From Candidatus Latescibacterota bacterium (GTDB lineage Bacteria > Latescibacterota > UBA2968 > UBA8231): a DNA stretch of 64,000 bases. The notes under the pieces were generated by a model. The model was not told the origin of the DNA and did not search any database. It saw only the letters and a list, made by a program, of their open reading frames with translations. A program made the position numbers and the translations under genes. Below are positions 1 through 10,102 of the stretch, one piece after another; the stretch's first letter is position 1; every line of letters begins with the position of its first letter. Location: NCBI GenBank assembly GCA_965219385.1, contig CBDCNM010000001.1, forward strand, positions 1,166,631-1,230,630, given 5' to 3'.

Positions 1-2
1 GG

Positions 3-3000
3 GCGCTGTCGTCGGACCCGGTCGAGGTGTCGGTGCGGGTGACCGACGTGGAGGAGCCCGGCACGGTGACGCTGTCGTCGAGCCAGCCGCAGGTGGGCAC
101 GGCGGTGACGGCGACCTTGAGCGACCCGGACGGCGGGGTGCGCGGTACCCTGTGGCAGTGGCAGGCGAGCAACACGTCGCCGGCCTCTTGGTTGAATCGG
201 GGCTCGCCCGGTGCGTCCAGCAGCTACACGCCGCCGGACGCGGACGTGGGCTACGTGCTTCGGGCCCGGGCCCGCTACACCGACGTCCATGGTTCGCAGC
301 AGGCCGAGAGCGCCCCCCCGACCGACCCGGTGCGGGCTCGGCCGGGGGGGACCGTCTCCTACAGCGCCGCGTCGTACGTGGCGACCGAAGACGGCGACAC
401 CGCCACGGTGCGGGTGAACCTGTCGCCGGCGCCGACCGAGGCGGTGGCCGTGAAGGTGACGGTGCGACCGGGCCCGAACACCGAGGCCGGCGACTTCGCC
501 GCTGTCGACCTGGCGTCGGACAGCACCGTGTCGTTCACGGCCACCGCCGCCTCGGACTCGTTCAAGATCGTGGCCCGCTCCGATGCGGACAGCGAGGACG
601 AGACGGTGCTGCTGGGGTTCAAGGAGCTGCCGGCCGGCATCGGCCCCGGCGCGCCGGCCACGGCCACGGTGAACCTCTTGGACGCGACCCTGAAGGTGGT
701 CGGGCCCGCCCGGGTCTCCGTCGAGGAGGAGGGCAGCAGGTTGGTGGCCCCGTACCGGGCTACCGACCCGTGGGACGGTCCGGTGGCGCCGGTCCGCTGG
801 TCGCTGACCGGCGCCGATTCTACCTGGTTTCAGATGCATGGCAACACCCTCGAATTCGTCAGCGAGCCCGACTACGAGCAGCCCCTGGACGACGGCACCG
901 ACAACGTCTACGACGTGAATCTGCAGGCCGTCTACGGGGGGGCGTACCACTCGGCCCCGTTCCCCGTGGCCGTGACCGTGACCAACAAGGACGAGCCGGG
1001 CACGGTGAGCGTGTCGCCGTCGAGCGCGCAGGTGGGCCGGGAGTTGCAGGCGACGCTGACCGACCCGGACGGCAGCGTGTCTGACACGCTGTGGCAGTGG
1101 CAGTACCGGGCCGAGGCCACATCGGCGTGGGATGACCTTACGAGCCCGGAAGCGCGGTTTTCCGCGTATAGGCCGGTGGCGGCCGATGCCGGGCAGTACC
1201 TGCGGGCGACGGTGGGCTACACCGACGGGCACGGGCCGGGCAAGAGCGCACAGAGCGGGGCCACCGATGCGGTGCAGGAGGCGTCAACCGTGACGATCGT
1301 GGGGCCGGACAGTGTTTGGTTTGCCGAGAACGGCACGGACTCAGTGGCCACCTATCGGGCCACGGATGGGCAAGGGGCCCGGCTGGCGTGGCGGTTGGGG
1401 GGGCCGGATGTGGGGGCTTTCACGGTGGAAGGGGATACCCTTTCCTTTACGAGGGCGCCCGATTTTGAGGGGCCGACCGATGCGGGGGGCGACAACGAGT
1501 ACCACGTCACGGTGACGGCTGGCGAGGGGGCGGGGTCTAGGTCGGAGGCGGTGGTGGTGACGGTGACCAATGTGGATGAGCCGCCGCCGCCCGTGGGGGT
1601 GAGCGATACCACCTTTGCCGAGAACGGCACGGGGGGGGTGGCCACCTACACGGCCACCGACCCGGAGGGGGCCGCGATTGACTGGTCGTTGGGGGGGGCG
1701 GATGCCGACACCTTGCAGATCGATGCGCAGGGCCGGCTGTCGTTCCGGGCGGCGCCCAACTATGAGGCGCCGGCCGATGCCAACCGGGACCGTGTCTACC
1801 AGGTGGCGGTGGTGGCCAGTGACGGGGCGTTGTCAGCGTCGCTGGCGGTGTCGGTGCGGGTGACCAATGTGGAGGAGCCCGGCACGGTGACGCTGTCGTC
1901 GACTCAGCCGCGGGTGGGCACGGAGCTGACGGCGGAGCTGCACGACCCGGATGGGATCGAGCCGGGGGCGCGCTGGCAATGGCAGCGTCGGGCCGATGCG
2001 ATGGCAGAGTGGGAGTCGGTCTCCTCGTCGGCGCGCTCGCCGCCGAGCTATCCGGCGGCGTCCGGCTATAGGCCGGCGGCGGCGGAGGTGGGGCAGCAGT
2101 TGCGGGCGACGGTGGTGGACTATAGCGACGGCCACGGGGACAACAAGCAGGCGCAGAGTGATCCGACGGAGCCGGTGCAGGAGGCGGTCTCAACCGTGAC
2201 GATCGTGGGGCCGGACAGTGTTTGGTTTGCCGAGAATGGCACGGACACAGTGGCCACCTATCGGGCCACGGATGGGCAAGGAGCCCGGCTGGCGTGGCGG
2301 TTGGGGGGGCCGGATGTGGGGGCTTTCACGGTGGAAGGGGATACCCTTTCCTTTACGAGGGCGCCCGATTTTGAGGGGCCGGCCGATGCGGGGGGCGACA
2401 ACGAGTACCACGTCACGGTGACGGCTGGCGAGGGGGCGGTGTCTAGGTCGGAGGCGGTGGTGGTGACGGTGACCAATGTGGATGAACCCGGCACAGTGAC
2501 GCTGTCGTCGACCCAGCCGCGGGTGGGCACGGAGCTGACGGCGAACCTGCACGACCCGGATGGGATCGAGCCGGGGGCGCGCTGGCAATGGCAGCGTCGG
2601 GCCGATGCGACGGCAGCGTGGGAGTCGGTCTCCTCGTCGGCGCGCTCGCCGCCGCCGAGCTATCCGGCGGCGTCCGGCTATAGGCCGGGGGCGGCGGAGG
2701 TGGGGCAGCAGTTGCGGGCGACGGTGGTGGACTATAGCGACGGCCACGGGGACAACAAGCAGGCGCAGAGTGATCCGACGGAGCCGGTGGTGGATGTGCC
2801 GGAACCGCCGGTGCTGACGGTGGATGCCGGGGATAGGCAGGTGACGCTCAATTGGGAGGCGGCCTCGGATAATGGCTCCCCCATCGAGTGGTATGAATAC
2901 CGTCAAGCCAGCGGGTCGGTTTGGACAACGGTGTCGGGGGGCGGCGAGGCGCGGACCAAGACGGTGACCGGGTTGACCAACGGCACGGCGTATACCTTTG

Positions 3001-6000
3001 AGGTGCGGGCCAAAAATGAGGTGGGCTACGGCCCAGCCGCAAGTGAGTCGGCCACCCCGGCCGGGATGCCGGGCATGCCGGTGTTGCCCAACCGTGCGCC
3101 GCAACTCGTGGGGCCCAGCGCGCCGTCGTTTGCCGAAAACGGCAGGGTGGTGGCCTCCTACACGGCCACCGACCCGGAGGGCGACGCACTTAGGTGGCCA
3201 GGGTTGAGCGGGGCCGATGGGCAGGCCTTCCAACTGACCGGCTCGGGGCTGACGCGGGTGCTTCAATTCAAGACGGCGCCCAACTATGAGGCGCCGACGG
3301 ACCAGGACGGGGACAATGTCTACCGGGTAGGGGTGGGCGTGAGCGACGACCGGGCCGTTGACGGCCAGGCCGACGCGGCGGTGGACACCACCATCACGGT
3401 GTCGGTGACGGTGACCAATGTCAATGAGCCGCCGCAACTCGTGGGGGTGAGCGATACCAGCTTTGCCGAGAACGGTACGGGGGGGGTGGCCACCTACACG
3501 GCCACCGACCCGGAGAGCGACGCGATGGGCTGGTCGTTGAGCGGGACCGATGGGCAGGCCTTCCAACTGGCCGGCTCGGGGCTGACGCGGGTGCTTCAAT
3601 TCAAGACGGCGCCCAACTATGAGGCGCCGACGGACCAGGACGGGGACAAGGTCTACCGGGTGGGGGTGGGCGTGAGCGACGACCGGGACGAGGCGGGTGC
3701 CCCCGACCTTTCGGTGGACACCACCATCACGGTGTCGGTGACGCTGACCAATGTGGAGGAGGAGGGCACGGTGACGCTGTCGTCGAGCCAGCCGCGGGTG
3801 GGCACGGAGCTGACGGCGAACCTGCACGACCCGGATGGGATCGAGCCGGGGGCGCGCTGGCAATGGCAGCGCCGGGCCGATGCGACGGCAGCGTGGGAGT
3901 CGGTCTCCTCGTCGGCGCGCTCGCCGCCGCCGAGCTATCCGGCGGCGTCCGGCTATAGGCCGGGGGCGGCGGAGGTGGGGCAGCAGTTGCGGGCGACGGT
4001 GGTGGACTATAGCGACGGCCACGGGGACAACAAGCAGGCGCAGAGTGATCCGACGGAGCCGGTGGTGGATGTGCCGGAACCGCCGGTGCTGACGGTGGAT
4101 GCCGGGGATGGGCAGGTGACGCTCAATTGGGAGGCGGCCTCGGATAATGGCTCCCCCATCGAGTGGTATGAATACCGTCAAGCCAGCGGGTCGGTTTGGA
4201 CAACGGTGTCAGGGGGTGGCTCGGCGCGGGCCAAGACTGTGACCGGGTTGACCAACGGCACCGCCTATACCTTTGAGGTGCGGGCCAAAAACGGGGTGGG
4301 CTACGGCCCAGCCGCGAGTAAGTCGGCCACCCCGGCCGGGACGCCGGGCACGCCAGGGCTGACGGCGGTGCGGGGGGATGAGCAGGTGCGTTTGAGTTGG
4401 AGCGCGCCGCTGTCGGATAATGGCTCCCCCATCCAGTGGTATGAATACCGCCAGCGTAGCGAATCCGGTAGTTGGTCGAGTTGGTCCACGGTGGCCGGCT
4501 ACAACTCGGCGCGGACCAAGACCGTGACCGGGTTGACCAACGGCACGGTGTATACCTTTGAGGTGCGGGCCAAAAACGGGGTGGGCTACGGCCCGGCCGC
4601 GAGTGAGTCGGCCACCCCGGTGGCGCCCAATCGTGCGCCGCAACTCGTGGGGCCCAGCGCGCCGTCGTTTGCCGAAAACGGCAGGGTGGTGGCCTCCTAC
4701 ACGGCCACCGACCCGGAGGGCGACGCACTTAGGTGGCCAGGGTTGAGCGGGGCCGATGGGCGTGCCTTCCAACTGACCGGCTCGGGGCTGACGCGGGTGC
4801 TTCAATTCAAGACGGCGCCCAACTTTGAGGCGCCGACGGACCAGGACGGGGACAATGTCTACCGGGTGGGGGTGGGCGTGAGCGACGACCGGGACGAGGC
4901 GGGTGCCCCCGACCTTTCGGTGGACACCACCATCACGGTGTCGGTGACGGTGGCCAATGTGGATGAGGCCGGCACGGTGACGCTGTCGTCGCCCCAGCCG
5001 CAGGTGGACGTGCAACTGCGAGCGGACCTGAGCGATCCGGATGGGGGGGTGACTAATGTGCGGTGGAGTTGGTTGTATTCTAGCGCTCAGGGGGCAAGGG
5101 GGGTTTGGGAGGAGCCGGGGGGGACCGACCGGCTGTGGTCGACCTTCACGCCGTACTCGTTGCTGGTGGGACAGCAGGTGCGGGCGCGGGCGGTGTATGA
5201 TGACGGCCAGGGCGCCGACAAGCAGGCGCAGAGCGGGGCCACCGATGCGGTGGTGGATGTGCCGGAACCGCCGGTGCTGACGGTGGATGTCGGGGATGGG
5301 CAGGTGACGCTCAATTGGACGGCCGCCTCGGCCAATGGCTCGACCATCCAGCGGTATGAATACCGGCGGCGCGGGTCCGGCAGTTGGTCGGGTTGGTCCA
5401 CGGTGTCAGGGGGTGGCTCGGCGCGGGCCAAGACTGTGACCGGGTTGACCAACGGCACCGCCTATACCTTTGAGGTGCGGGCCAAAAACGGGGTGGGCTA
5501 CGGCCCAGCCGCGAGTAAGTCGGCCACTCCGGCCGGGACGCCGGGCACGCCAGGGCTGTCGGCGGTGCGGGGGGATGAGCAGGTGCGTTTGAGTTGGACG
5601 GCCGCCTCGGCCAACGGCTCGACCATCCAGCGGTATGAATACCGGCGGCGCGGGTCCGGCAGTTGGTCGGGTTGGTCCACGGTGTCAGGGGGTGGCTCGG
5701 CGCGGGCCAAGACTGTGACCGGGTTGACCAACGGCACCGCCTATACCTTTGAGGTGCGGGCCAAAAACGGGGTGGGCTACGGCCCAGCCGCGAGTAAGTC
5801 GGCCACCCCGGCCGGGACGCCGGGCACGCCAGGGCTGTCGGCGGTGCGGGGGGATGAGCAGGTGCGTTTGAGTTGGACGGCCGCCTCGGCCAACGGCTCG
5901 ACCATCCAGCGGTATGAATACCGGCGGCGCGGGTCCGGCAGTTGGTCGGGTTGGTCCACGGTGTCAGGGGGTGGCTCGGCGCGGGCCAAGACTGTGACCG

Positions 6001-9000
6001 GGTTGACCAACGGCACCGCCTATACCTTTGAGGTGCGGGCCAAAAATGGGGTGGGCTACGGCCCAGCCGCGAGTAAGTCGGCCACCCCGGCCGGGGTGCC
6101 GGGCACGCCAGGGCTGTCGGCGGTGCGGGGGGATGAGCAGGTGCGTTTGAGTTGGACGGCCGCCTCGGCCAACGGCTCGACCATCTCCTGGTATGAATAC
6201 CGAAAGCGCAGCGGGTCGGGTAGTTGGTCGAGTTGGTCCACGGTAGCCGGCTACTCCTCGGCACGGACCAAGACCGTGACCGGGTTGACCAACGGCACGG
6301 TGTATACCTTTGAGGTGCGGGCCAAAAATGGGGTGGGCTACGGCCCAGCCGCGAGTCGGTCGGCCACCCCGGCCGGGACGCCGGGCACGCCGGGGAGCCT
6401 GTCGGCTTCCGCCGGAGATGGGCAGGTGAGCTTGAGTTGGACGGCCGCCTCGGCTAATGGCTCGTCGATCCAGCGGTATGAATACCGGCGGCGCGGGTCG
6501 GGTAGTTGGTCGAGTTGGTCCACGGTGGCCGGCTACTCCTCGGCACGGACCAAGACCGTGACCGGGTTGACCAACGGCACGGTGTATACCTTTGAGGTGC
6601 GGGCCAAAAATGGGGTGGGCTACGGCCCAGCCGCGAGTCGGTCGGCCACCCCGGCCGGGACGCCGGGCACGCCGGGGAGCCTGTCGGCTTCCGCCGGAGA
6701 TGGGCAGGTGAGCTTGAGTTGGACGGCCGCCTCGGCCAACGGCTCGACCATCTCCTGGTATGAATACCGAAAGCGCAGCGGGTCGGGTAGTTGGTCGAGT
6801 TGGTCCACGGTAGCCGGCTACTCCTCGGCACGGACCAAGACCGTGACCGGGTTGACCAACGGCACGGTGTATACCTTTGAGGTGCGGGCCAAAAATGGGG
6901 TGGGCTACGGCCCAGCCGCGAGTCGGTCGGCCACCCCGGCCGGGACGCCGGGCACGCCGGGGAGCCTGTCGGCTTCCGCCGGAGATGGGCAGGTGAGCTT
7001 GAGTTGGACGGCCGCCTCGGCTAATGGCTCGTCGATCCAGCGGTATGAATACCGGCGGCGCGGGTCGGGTAGTTGGTCGAGTTGGTCCACGGTGGCCGGC
7101 TACTCCTCGGCACGGACCAAGACCGTGACCGGGTTGACCAACGGCACGGTGTATACCTTTGAGGTGCGGGCCAAAAATGGGGTGGGCTACGGCCCAGCCG
7201 CGAGTCGGTCGGCCACCCCGGCCGGGACGCCGGGCACGCCGGGGAGCCTGTCGGCTTCCGCCGGAGATGGGCAGGTGAGCTTGAGTTGGACGGCCGCCTC
7301 GGCTAATGGCTCGTCGATCCAGCGGTATGAATACCGGCGGCGCGGGTCGGGTAGTTGGTCGAGTTGGTCCACGGTGGCCGGCTACTCCTCGGCACGGACC
7401 AAGACCGTGACCGGGTTGACCAACGGCACGGTGTATACCTTTGAGGTGCGGGCCAAAAATGGGGTGGGCTACGGCCCAGCCGCGAGTCGGTCGGCCACCC
7501 CGGCCGGGGCGCCCGGCACCCCGGGGAGCCTGTCGGCTTCCGCCGGAGATGGGCAGGTGAGTTTGAGTTGGACGGCCGCCTCGGCTAATGGCTCGTCGAT
7601 CCAGCGGTATGAATACCGGCGGCGCGGGTCGGGTAGTTGGTCGAGTTGGTCCACGGTGGCCGGCTACTCCTCGGCACGGACCAAGACCGTGACCGGGTTG
7701 ACCAACGGCACGGTGTATACCTTTGAGGTGCGGGCCAAAAATGGGGTGGGCTACGGCCCAGCCGCGAGTCGGTCGGCCACCCCGGCCGGGACGCCGGGCA
7801 CGCCGGGGAGCCTGTCGGCTTCCGCCGGAGATGGGCAGGTGAGCTTGAGTTGGACGGCCGCCTCGGCTAATGGCTCGTCGATCCAGCGGTATGAATACCG
7901 GCGGCGCGGGTCGGGTAGTTGGTCGAGTTGGTCCACGGTAGCCGGCTACTCCTCGGCACGGACCAGGACCGTGACCGGGTTGACCAACGGCACCGCCTAT
8001 ACCTTTGAGGTGCGGGCCAAAAATGGGGTGGGCTACGGCCCAGCCGCGAGTCGGTCGGCCACCCCGGCCGGGGCGCCCGGCACCCCGGGGAGCCTGTCGG
8101 CTTCCGCCGGAGATGGGCAGGTGAGTTTGAGTTGGACGGCCGCCTCGGCTAATGGCTCGTCGATCCAGCGGTATGAATACCGGCGGCGCGGGTCGGGTAG
8201 TTGGTCGAGTTGGTCCACGGTGGCCGGCTACTCCTCGGCACGGACCAAGACCGTGACCGGGTTGACCAACGGCACGGTGTATACCTTTGAGGTGCGGGCC
8301 AAAAATGGGGTGGGCTACGGCCCAGCCGCAAGCAAGTCGGCCACCCCGGCCGGGGTGCCCGGCACCCCGGGGAGCCTGTCGGCGGTGCGGGGGGATGAGC
8401 AGGTGAGTTTGAGTTGGACGGCCGCCTCGAGCAATGGCTCGACCATCCAGCGGTATGAATACCGCCAGCGCAGCGGGTCGAGTTGGTCGAGTTGGTCCAC
8501 GGTGGCCGGCTACAGCTCGGCGCGGACCAAGACCGTGACCGGGTTGACCAACGGCACCGCCTATACCTTTGAGGTGCGGGCCAAAAACGGGGTGGGCTAC
8601 GGCCCAGCCGCAAGCAAGTCGGCCACCCCGGCCGGGGTGCCCGGCACCCCGGGGAGCCTGTCGGCTTCCGCCGGCGATGGGCAGGTGAGTTTGAGTTGGA
8701 CGGCCGCCTCGAGCAATGGCTCGACCATCCAGCGGTATGAATACCGCCAGCGCAGCGGGTCGAGTTGGTCGAGTTGGTCCACGGTGGCCGGCTACAGCTC
8801 GGCGCGGACCAAGACCGTGACCGGGTTGACCAACGGCACCGCCTATACCTTTGAGGTGCGGGCCAAAAATGGGGTGGGCTACGGCCCAGCCGCGAGTAAG
8901 TCGGCCACCCCGGCCGGGGTACCCGGCACCCCGGGGCTGTCGGCGGTGCGGGGGGATGAGCAGGTGCGTTTGAGTTGGACGGCCGCCTCGGCTAATGGTT

Positions 9001-9560
9001 CGTCGATCTACTGGTATGAATGCCGGCGGCGCAGCGGGTCCGGTAGCTGGTCAAGTTGGTCCACGGTGGCCGGCTACAGCTCGGCGCGGACCAAGACCGT
9101 GACCGGGTTGACCAACGGCACCGCCTATACCTTTGAGGTGCGGGCCAAAAATGGGGTGGGCTACGGCCCAGCCGCGAGTAAGTCGGCCACCCCAGCCGGG
9201 GTGCCCGGCACCCCGGGGAGCCTGTCGGCTTCCGCCGGAGATGAGCAGGTGCGTTTGAGTTGGACGGCCGCCTCGGCCAACGGTTCGTCGATCTACTGGT
9301 ATGAATGCCGGCGGCGCCGCGGGTCCGGTAGTTGGTCAAGTTGGTCCACGGTGGCCGGCTACAGCTCAGCGCGGACCAAGACCGTGACCGGGTTGACCAA
9401 CGGCTGGTCGTATACCTTTGAGGTGCGGGCCAAAAACGGGGTGGGCTACGGCCCAGCCGCGAGTAAGTCGGCCATCCCCCAAGCCCCCCCACCCCCCGGC
9501 GGCTACCGCGACGCCGCCCAGCGGTCGGCCAGCTCCCCAGCCCCCCACCCGGCCCCGTGA
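3..9560 (+). CDS. Giant surface protein/adhesin with cadherin-like Ig domains and 18 fibronectin type III domains (5'-truncated by window edge)
   Basis: Frame is open from base 3 (ORF track starts at an internal GTG, 27). Cadherin-like motifs (PDYE/PNYEAP, DNVY.V, VTVTNVDE, DPEG) and 18 copies of the FN3 motif GLTNG..YTFEVRAKN.VGYG. Confidence 0.9.
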   Translation, partial: ALSSDPVEVSVRVTDVEEPGTVTLSSSQPQVGTAVTATLSDPDGGVRGTLWQWQASNTSPASWLNRGSPGASSSYTPPDADVGYVLRARARYTDVHGSQQAESAPPTDPVRARPGGTVSYSAASYVATEDGDTATVRVNLSPAPTEAVAVKVTVRPGPNTEAGDFAAVDLASDSTVSFTATAASDSFKIVARSDADSEDETVLLGFKELPAGIGPGAPATATVNLLDATLKVVGPARVSVEEEGSRLVAPYRATDPWDGPVAPVRWSLTGADSTWFQMHGNTLEFVSEPDYEQPLDDGTDNVYDVNLQAVYGGAYHSAPFPVAVTVTNKDEPGTVSVSPSSAQVGRELQATLTDPDGSVSDTLWQWQYRAEATSAWDDLTSPEARFSAYRPVAADAGQYLRATVGYTDGHGPGKSAQSGATDAVQEASTVTIVGPDSVWFAENGTDSVATYRATDGQGARLAWRLGGPDVGAFTVEGDTLSFTRAPDFEGPTDAGGDNEYHVTVTAGEGAGSRSEAVVVTVTNVDEPPPPVGVSDTTFAENGTGGVATYTATDPEGAAIDWSLGGADADTLQIDAQGRLSFRAAPNYEAPADANRDRVYQVAVVASDGALSASLAVSVRVTNVEEPGTVTLSSTQPRVGTELTAELHDPDGIEPGARWQWQRRADAMAEWESVSSSARSPPSYPAASGYRPAAAEVGQQLRATVVDYSDGHGDNKQAQSDPTEPVQEAVSTVTIVGPDSVWFAENGTDTVATYRATDGQGARLAWRLGGPDVGAFTVEGDTLSFTRAPDFEGPADAGGDNEYHVTVTAGEGAVSRSEAVVVTVTNVDEPGTVTLSSTQPRVGTELTANLHDPDGIEPGARWQWQRRADATAAWESVSSSARSPPPSYPAASGYRPGAAEVGQQLRATVVDYSDGHGDNKQAQSDPTEPVVDVPEPPVLTVDAGDRQVTLNWEAASDNGSPIEWYEYRQASGSVWTTVSGGGEARTKTVTGLTNGTAYTFEVRAKNEVGYGPAASESATPAGMPGMPVLPNRAPQLVGPSAPSFAENGRVVASYTATDPEGDALRWPGLSGADGQAFQLTGSGLTRVLQFKTAPNYEAPTDQDGDNVYRVGVGVSDDRAVDGQADAAVDTTITVSVTVTNVNEPPQLVGVSDTSFAENGTGGVATYTATDPESDAMGWSLSGTDGQAFQLAGSGLTRVLQFKTAPNYEAPTDQDGDKVYRVGVGVSDDRDEAGAPDLSVDTTITVSVTLTNVEEEGTVTLSSSQPRVGTELTANLHDPDGIEPGARWQWQRRADATAAWESVSSSARSPPPSYPAASGYRPGAAEVGQQLRATVVDYSDGHGDNKQAQSDPTEPVVDVPEPPVLTVDAGDGQVTLNWEAASDNGSPIEWYEYRQASGSVWTTVSGGGSARAKTVTGLTNGTAYTFEVRAKNGVGYGPAASKSATPAGTPGTPGLTAVRGDEQVRLSWSAPLSDNGSPIQWYEYRQRSESGSWSSWSTVAGYNSARTKTVTGLTNGTVYTFEVRAKNGVGYGPAASESATPVAPNRAPQLVGPSAPSFAENGRVVASYTATDPEGDALRWPGLSGADGRAFQLTGSGLTRVLQFKTAPNFEAPTDQDGDNVYRVGVGVSDDRDEAGAPDLSVDTTITVSVTVANVDEAGTVTLSSPQPQVDVQLRADLSDPDGGVTNVRWSWLYSSAQGARGVWEEPGGTDRLWSTFTPYSLLVGQQVRARAVYDDGQGADKQAQSGATDAVVDVPEPPVLTVDVGDGQVTLNWTAASANGSTIQRYEYRRRGSGSWSGWSTVSGGGSARAKTVTGLTNGTAYTFEVRAKNGVGYGPAASKSATPAGTPGTPGLSAVRGDEQVRLSWTAASANGSTIQRYEYRRRGSGSWSGWSTVSGGGSARAKTVTGLTNGTAYTFEVRAKNGVGYGPAASKSATPAGTPGTPGLSAVRGDEQVRLSWTAASANGSTIQRYEYRRRGSGSWSGWSTVSGGGSARAKTVTGLTNGTAYTFEVRAKNGVGYGPAASKSATPAGVPGTPGLSAVRGDEQVRLSWTAASANGSTISWYEYRKRSGSGSWSSWSTVAGYSSARTKTVTGLTNGTVYTFEVRAKNGVGYGPAASRSATPAGTPGTPGSLSASAGDGQVSLSWTAASANGSSIQRYEYRRRGSGSWSSWSTVAGYSSARTKTVTGLTNGTVYTFEVRAKNGVGYGPAASRSATPAGTPGTPGSLSASAGDGQVSLSWTAASANGSTISWYEYRKRSGSGSWSSWSTVAGYSSARTKTVTGLTNGTVYTFEVRAKNGVGYGPAASRSATPAGTPGTPGSLSASAGDGQVSLSWTAASANGSSIQRYEYRRRGSGSWSSWSTVAGYSSARTKTVTGLTNGTVYTFEVRAKNGVGYGPAASRSATPAGTPGTPGSLSASAGDGQVSLSWTAASANGSSIQRYEYRRRGSGSWSSWSTVAGYSSARTKTVTGLTNGTVYTFEVRAKNGVGYGPAASRSATPAGAPGTPGSLSASAGDGQVSLSWTAASANGSSIQRYEYRRRGSGSWSSWSTVAGYSSARTKTVTGLTNGTVYTFEVRAKNGVGYGPAASRSATPAGTPGTPGSLSASAGDGQVSLSWTAASANGSSIQRYEYRRRGSGSWSSWSTVAGYSSARTRTVTGLTNGTAYTFEVRAKNGVGYGPAASRSATPAGAPGTPGSLSASAGDGQVSLSWTAASANGSSIQRYEYRRRGSGSWSSWSTVAGYSSARTKTVTGLTNGTVYTFEVRAKNGVGYGPAASKSATPAGVPGTPGSLSAVRGDEQVSLSWTAASSNGSTIQRYEYRQRSGSSWSSWSTVAGYSSARTKTVTGLTNGTAYTFEVRAKNGVGYGPAASKSATPAGVPGTPGSLSASAGDGQVSLSWTAASSNGSTIQRYEYRQRSGSSWSSWSTVAGYSSARTKTVTGLTNGTAYTFEVRAKNGVGYGPAASKSATPAGVPGTPGLSAVRGDEQVRLSWTAASANGSSIYWYECRRRSGSGSWSSWSTVAGYSSARTKTVTGLTNGTAYTFEVRAKNGVGYGPAASKSATPAGVPGTPGSLSASAGDEQVRLSWTAASANGSSIYWYECRRRRGSGSWSSWSTVAGYSSARTKTVTGLTNGWSYTFEVRAKNGVGYGPAASKSAIPQAPPPPGGYRDAAQRSASSPAPHPAP
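1285..4990 (+). repeat. Dispersed near-identical duplicated domain blocks within the giant gene
   Basis: Approximate pairs: 1285-1580 vs 2190-2485; 1880-2180 vs 2490-2790 vs 3765-4065; 3090-3350 vs 4630-4890. Confidence 0.85.
5255..9480 (+). repeat. Tandem array of 15 near-identical FN3-coding units (279/282/285 bp)
   Basis: Motif TATACCTTTGAGGTGCGGGCCAAAAA recurs at 279-285 bp spacing; antisense shadow ORFs show the same period (5498, 5777, 6056, 6338, 6620, 6905...). Confidence 0.95.
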
Positions 9561-10102
9561 CCGGCTTGACCGCCCAGGCCGGCCCCCACCAGGCCGTGCT
9601 CCACTGGACCGATCCGGGCGACTCGACCATCACCCATTGGCAGTACCGCACCCAAGCGGACGCCGCTGAATGGGACGCGTGGCAGACCATTCCCCACAGC
9701 GAGGCGACCACCACCCGCCATCGGGTTGCCCCTCTGGCCCACGGCGTGGCCTACCACATCCAGGTGCGGGCGGTCAACCCGACCGGAACCGGCGCCCAAG
9801 CGGTAGCCGTGGCCGTGACCCCGCTTCGCTTGGCAATCCAGGCCGTGCCCAATCCGTTTAATCCGAGCACGACCCTGCGCTTCGACCTGCCGACCCGGGC
9901 GACGGTCTCGTTGGTGCTTTACAATGTGTCAGGGCAGCGGGTCAAGACGCTCTTGCCGGCCGAGTCGTTGCCGGCCGGGGCTCATACCTGGGTCTGGGAC
10001 GGCCGGGACGATGCGGGCGCGGCGGTGGCCTCGGGGGTGTATGTGTATCGCTTGACCGTCGGAGAGCAGGCCCTGGTACGCAAAATTACCTTGCTCCGCT
10101 GA
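9557..10102 (+). CDS. FN3 plus FlgD-Ig/secretion C-terminal sorting-like domain; probable frameshifted C-terminus of the giant protein
   Basis: PNPFNPSTTLRFDLP...YNVSGQRVKTL...WDGRDDAG..VASGVYVYRL...KITLLR; no signal peptide; GTGA overlap with the upstream stop. Confidence 0.85.
   Translation: MTGLTAQAGPHQAVLHWTDPGDSTITHWQYRTQADAAEWDAWQTIPHSEATTTRHRVAPLAHGVAYHIQVRAVNPTGTGAQAVAVAVTPLRLAIQAVPNPFNPSTTLRFDLPTRATVSLVLYNVSGQRVKTLLPAESLPAGAHTWVWDGRDDAGAAVASGVYVYRLTVGEQALVRKITLLR

Noticed and set aside
2190..8782. Many antisense ORFs over the giant gene
   Set aside because: Shadow frames of GC-rich repetitive coding DNA.
5255..9480. CRISPR array or DGR template/variable repeats
   Set aside because: Units are 279-285 bp, in frame and coding, with no spacers; differences are not adenine-specific; no cas or reverse transcriptase gene in the window.
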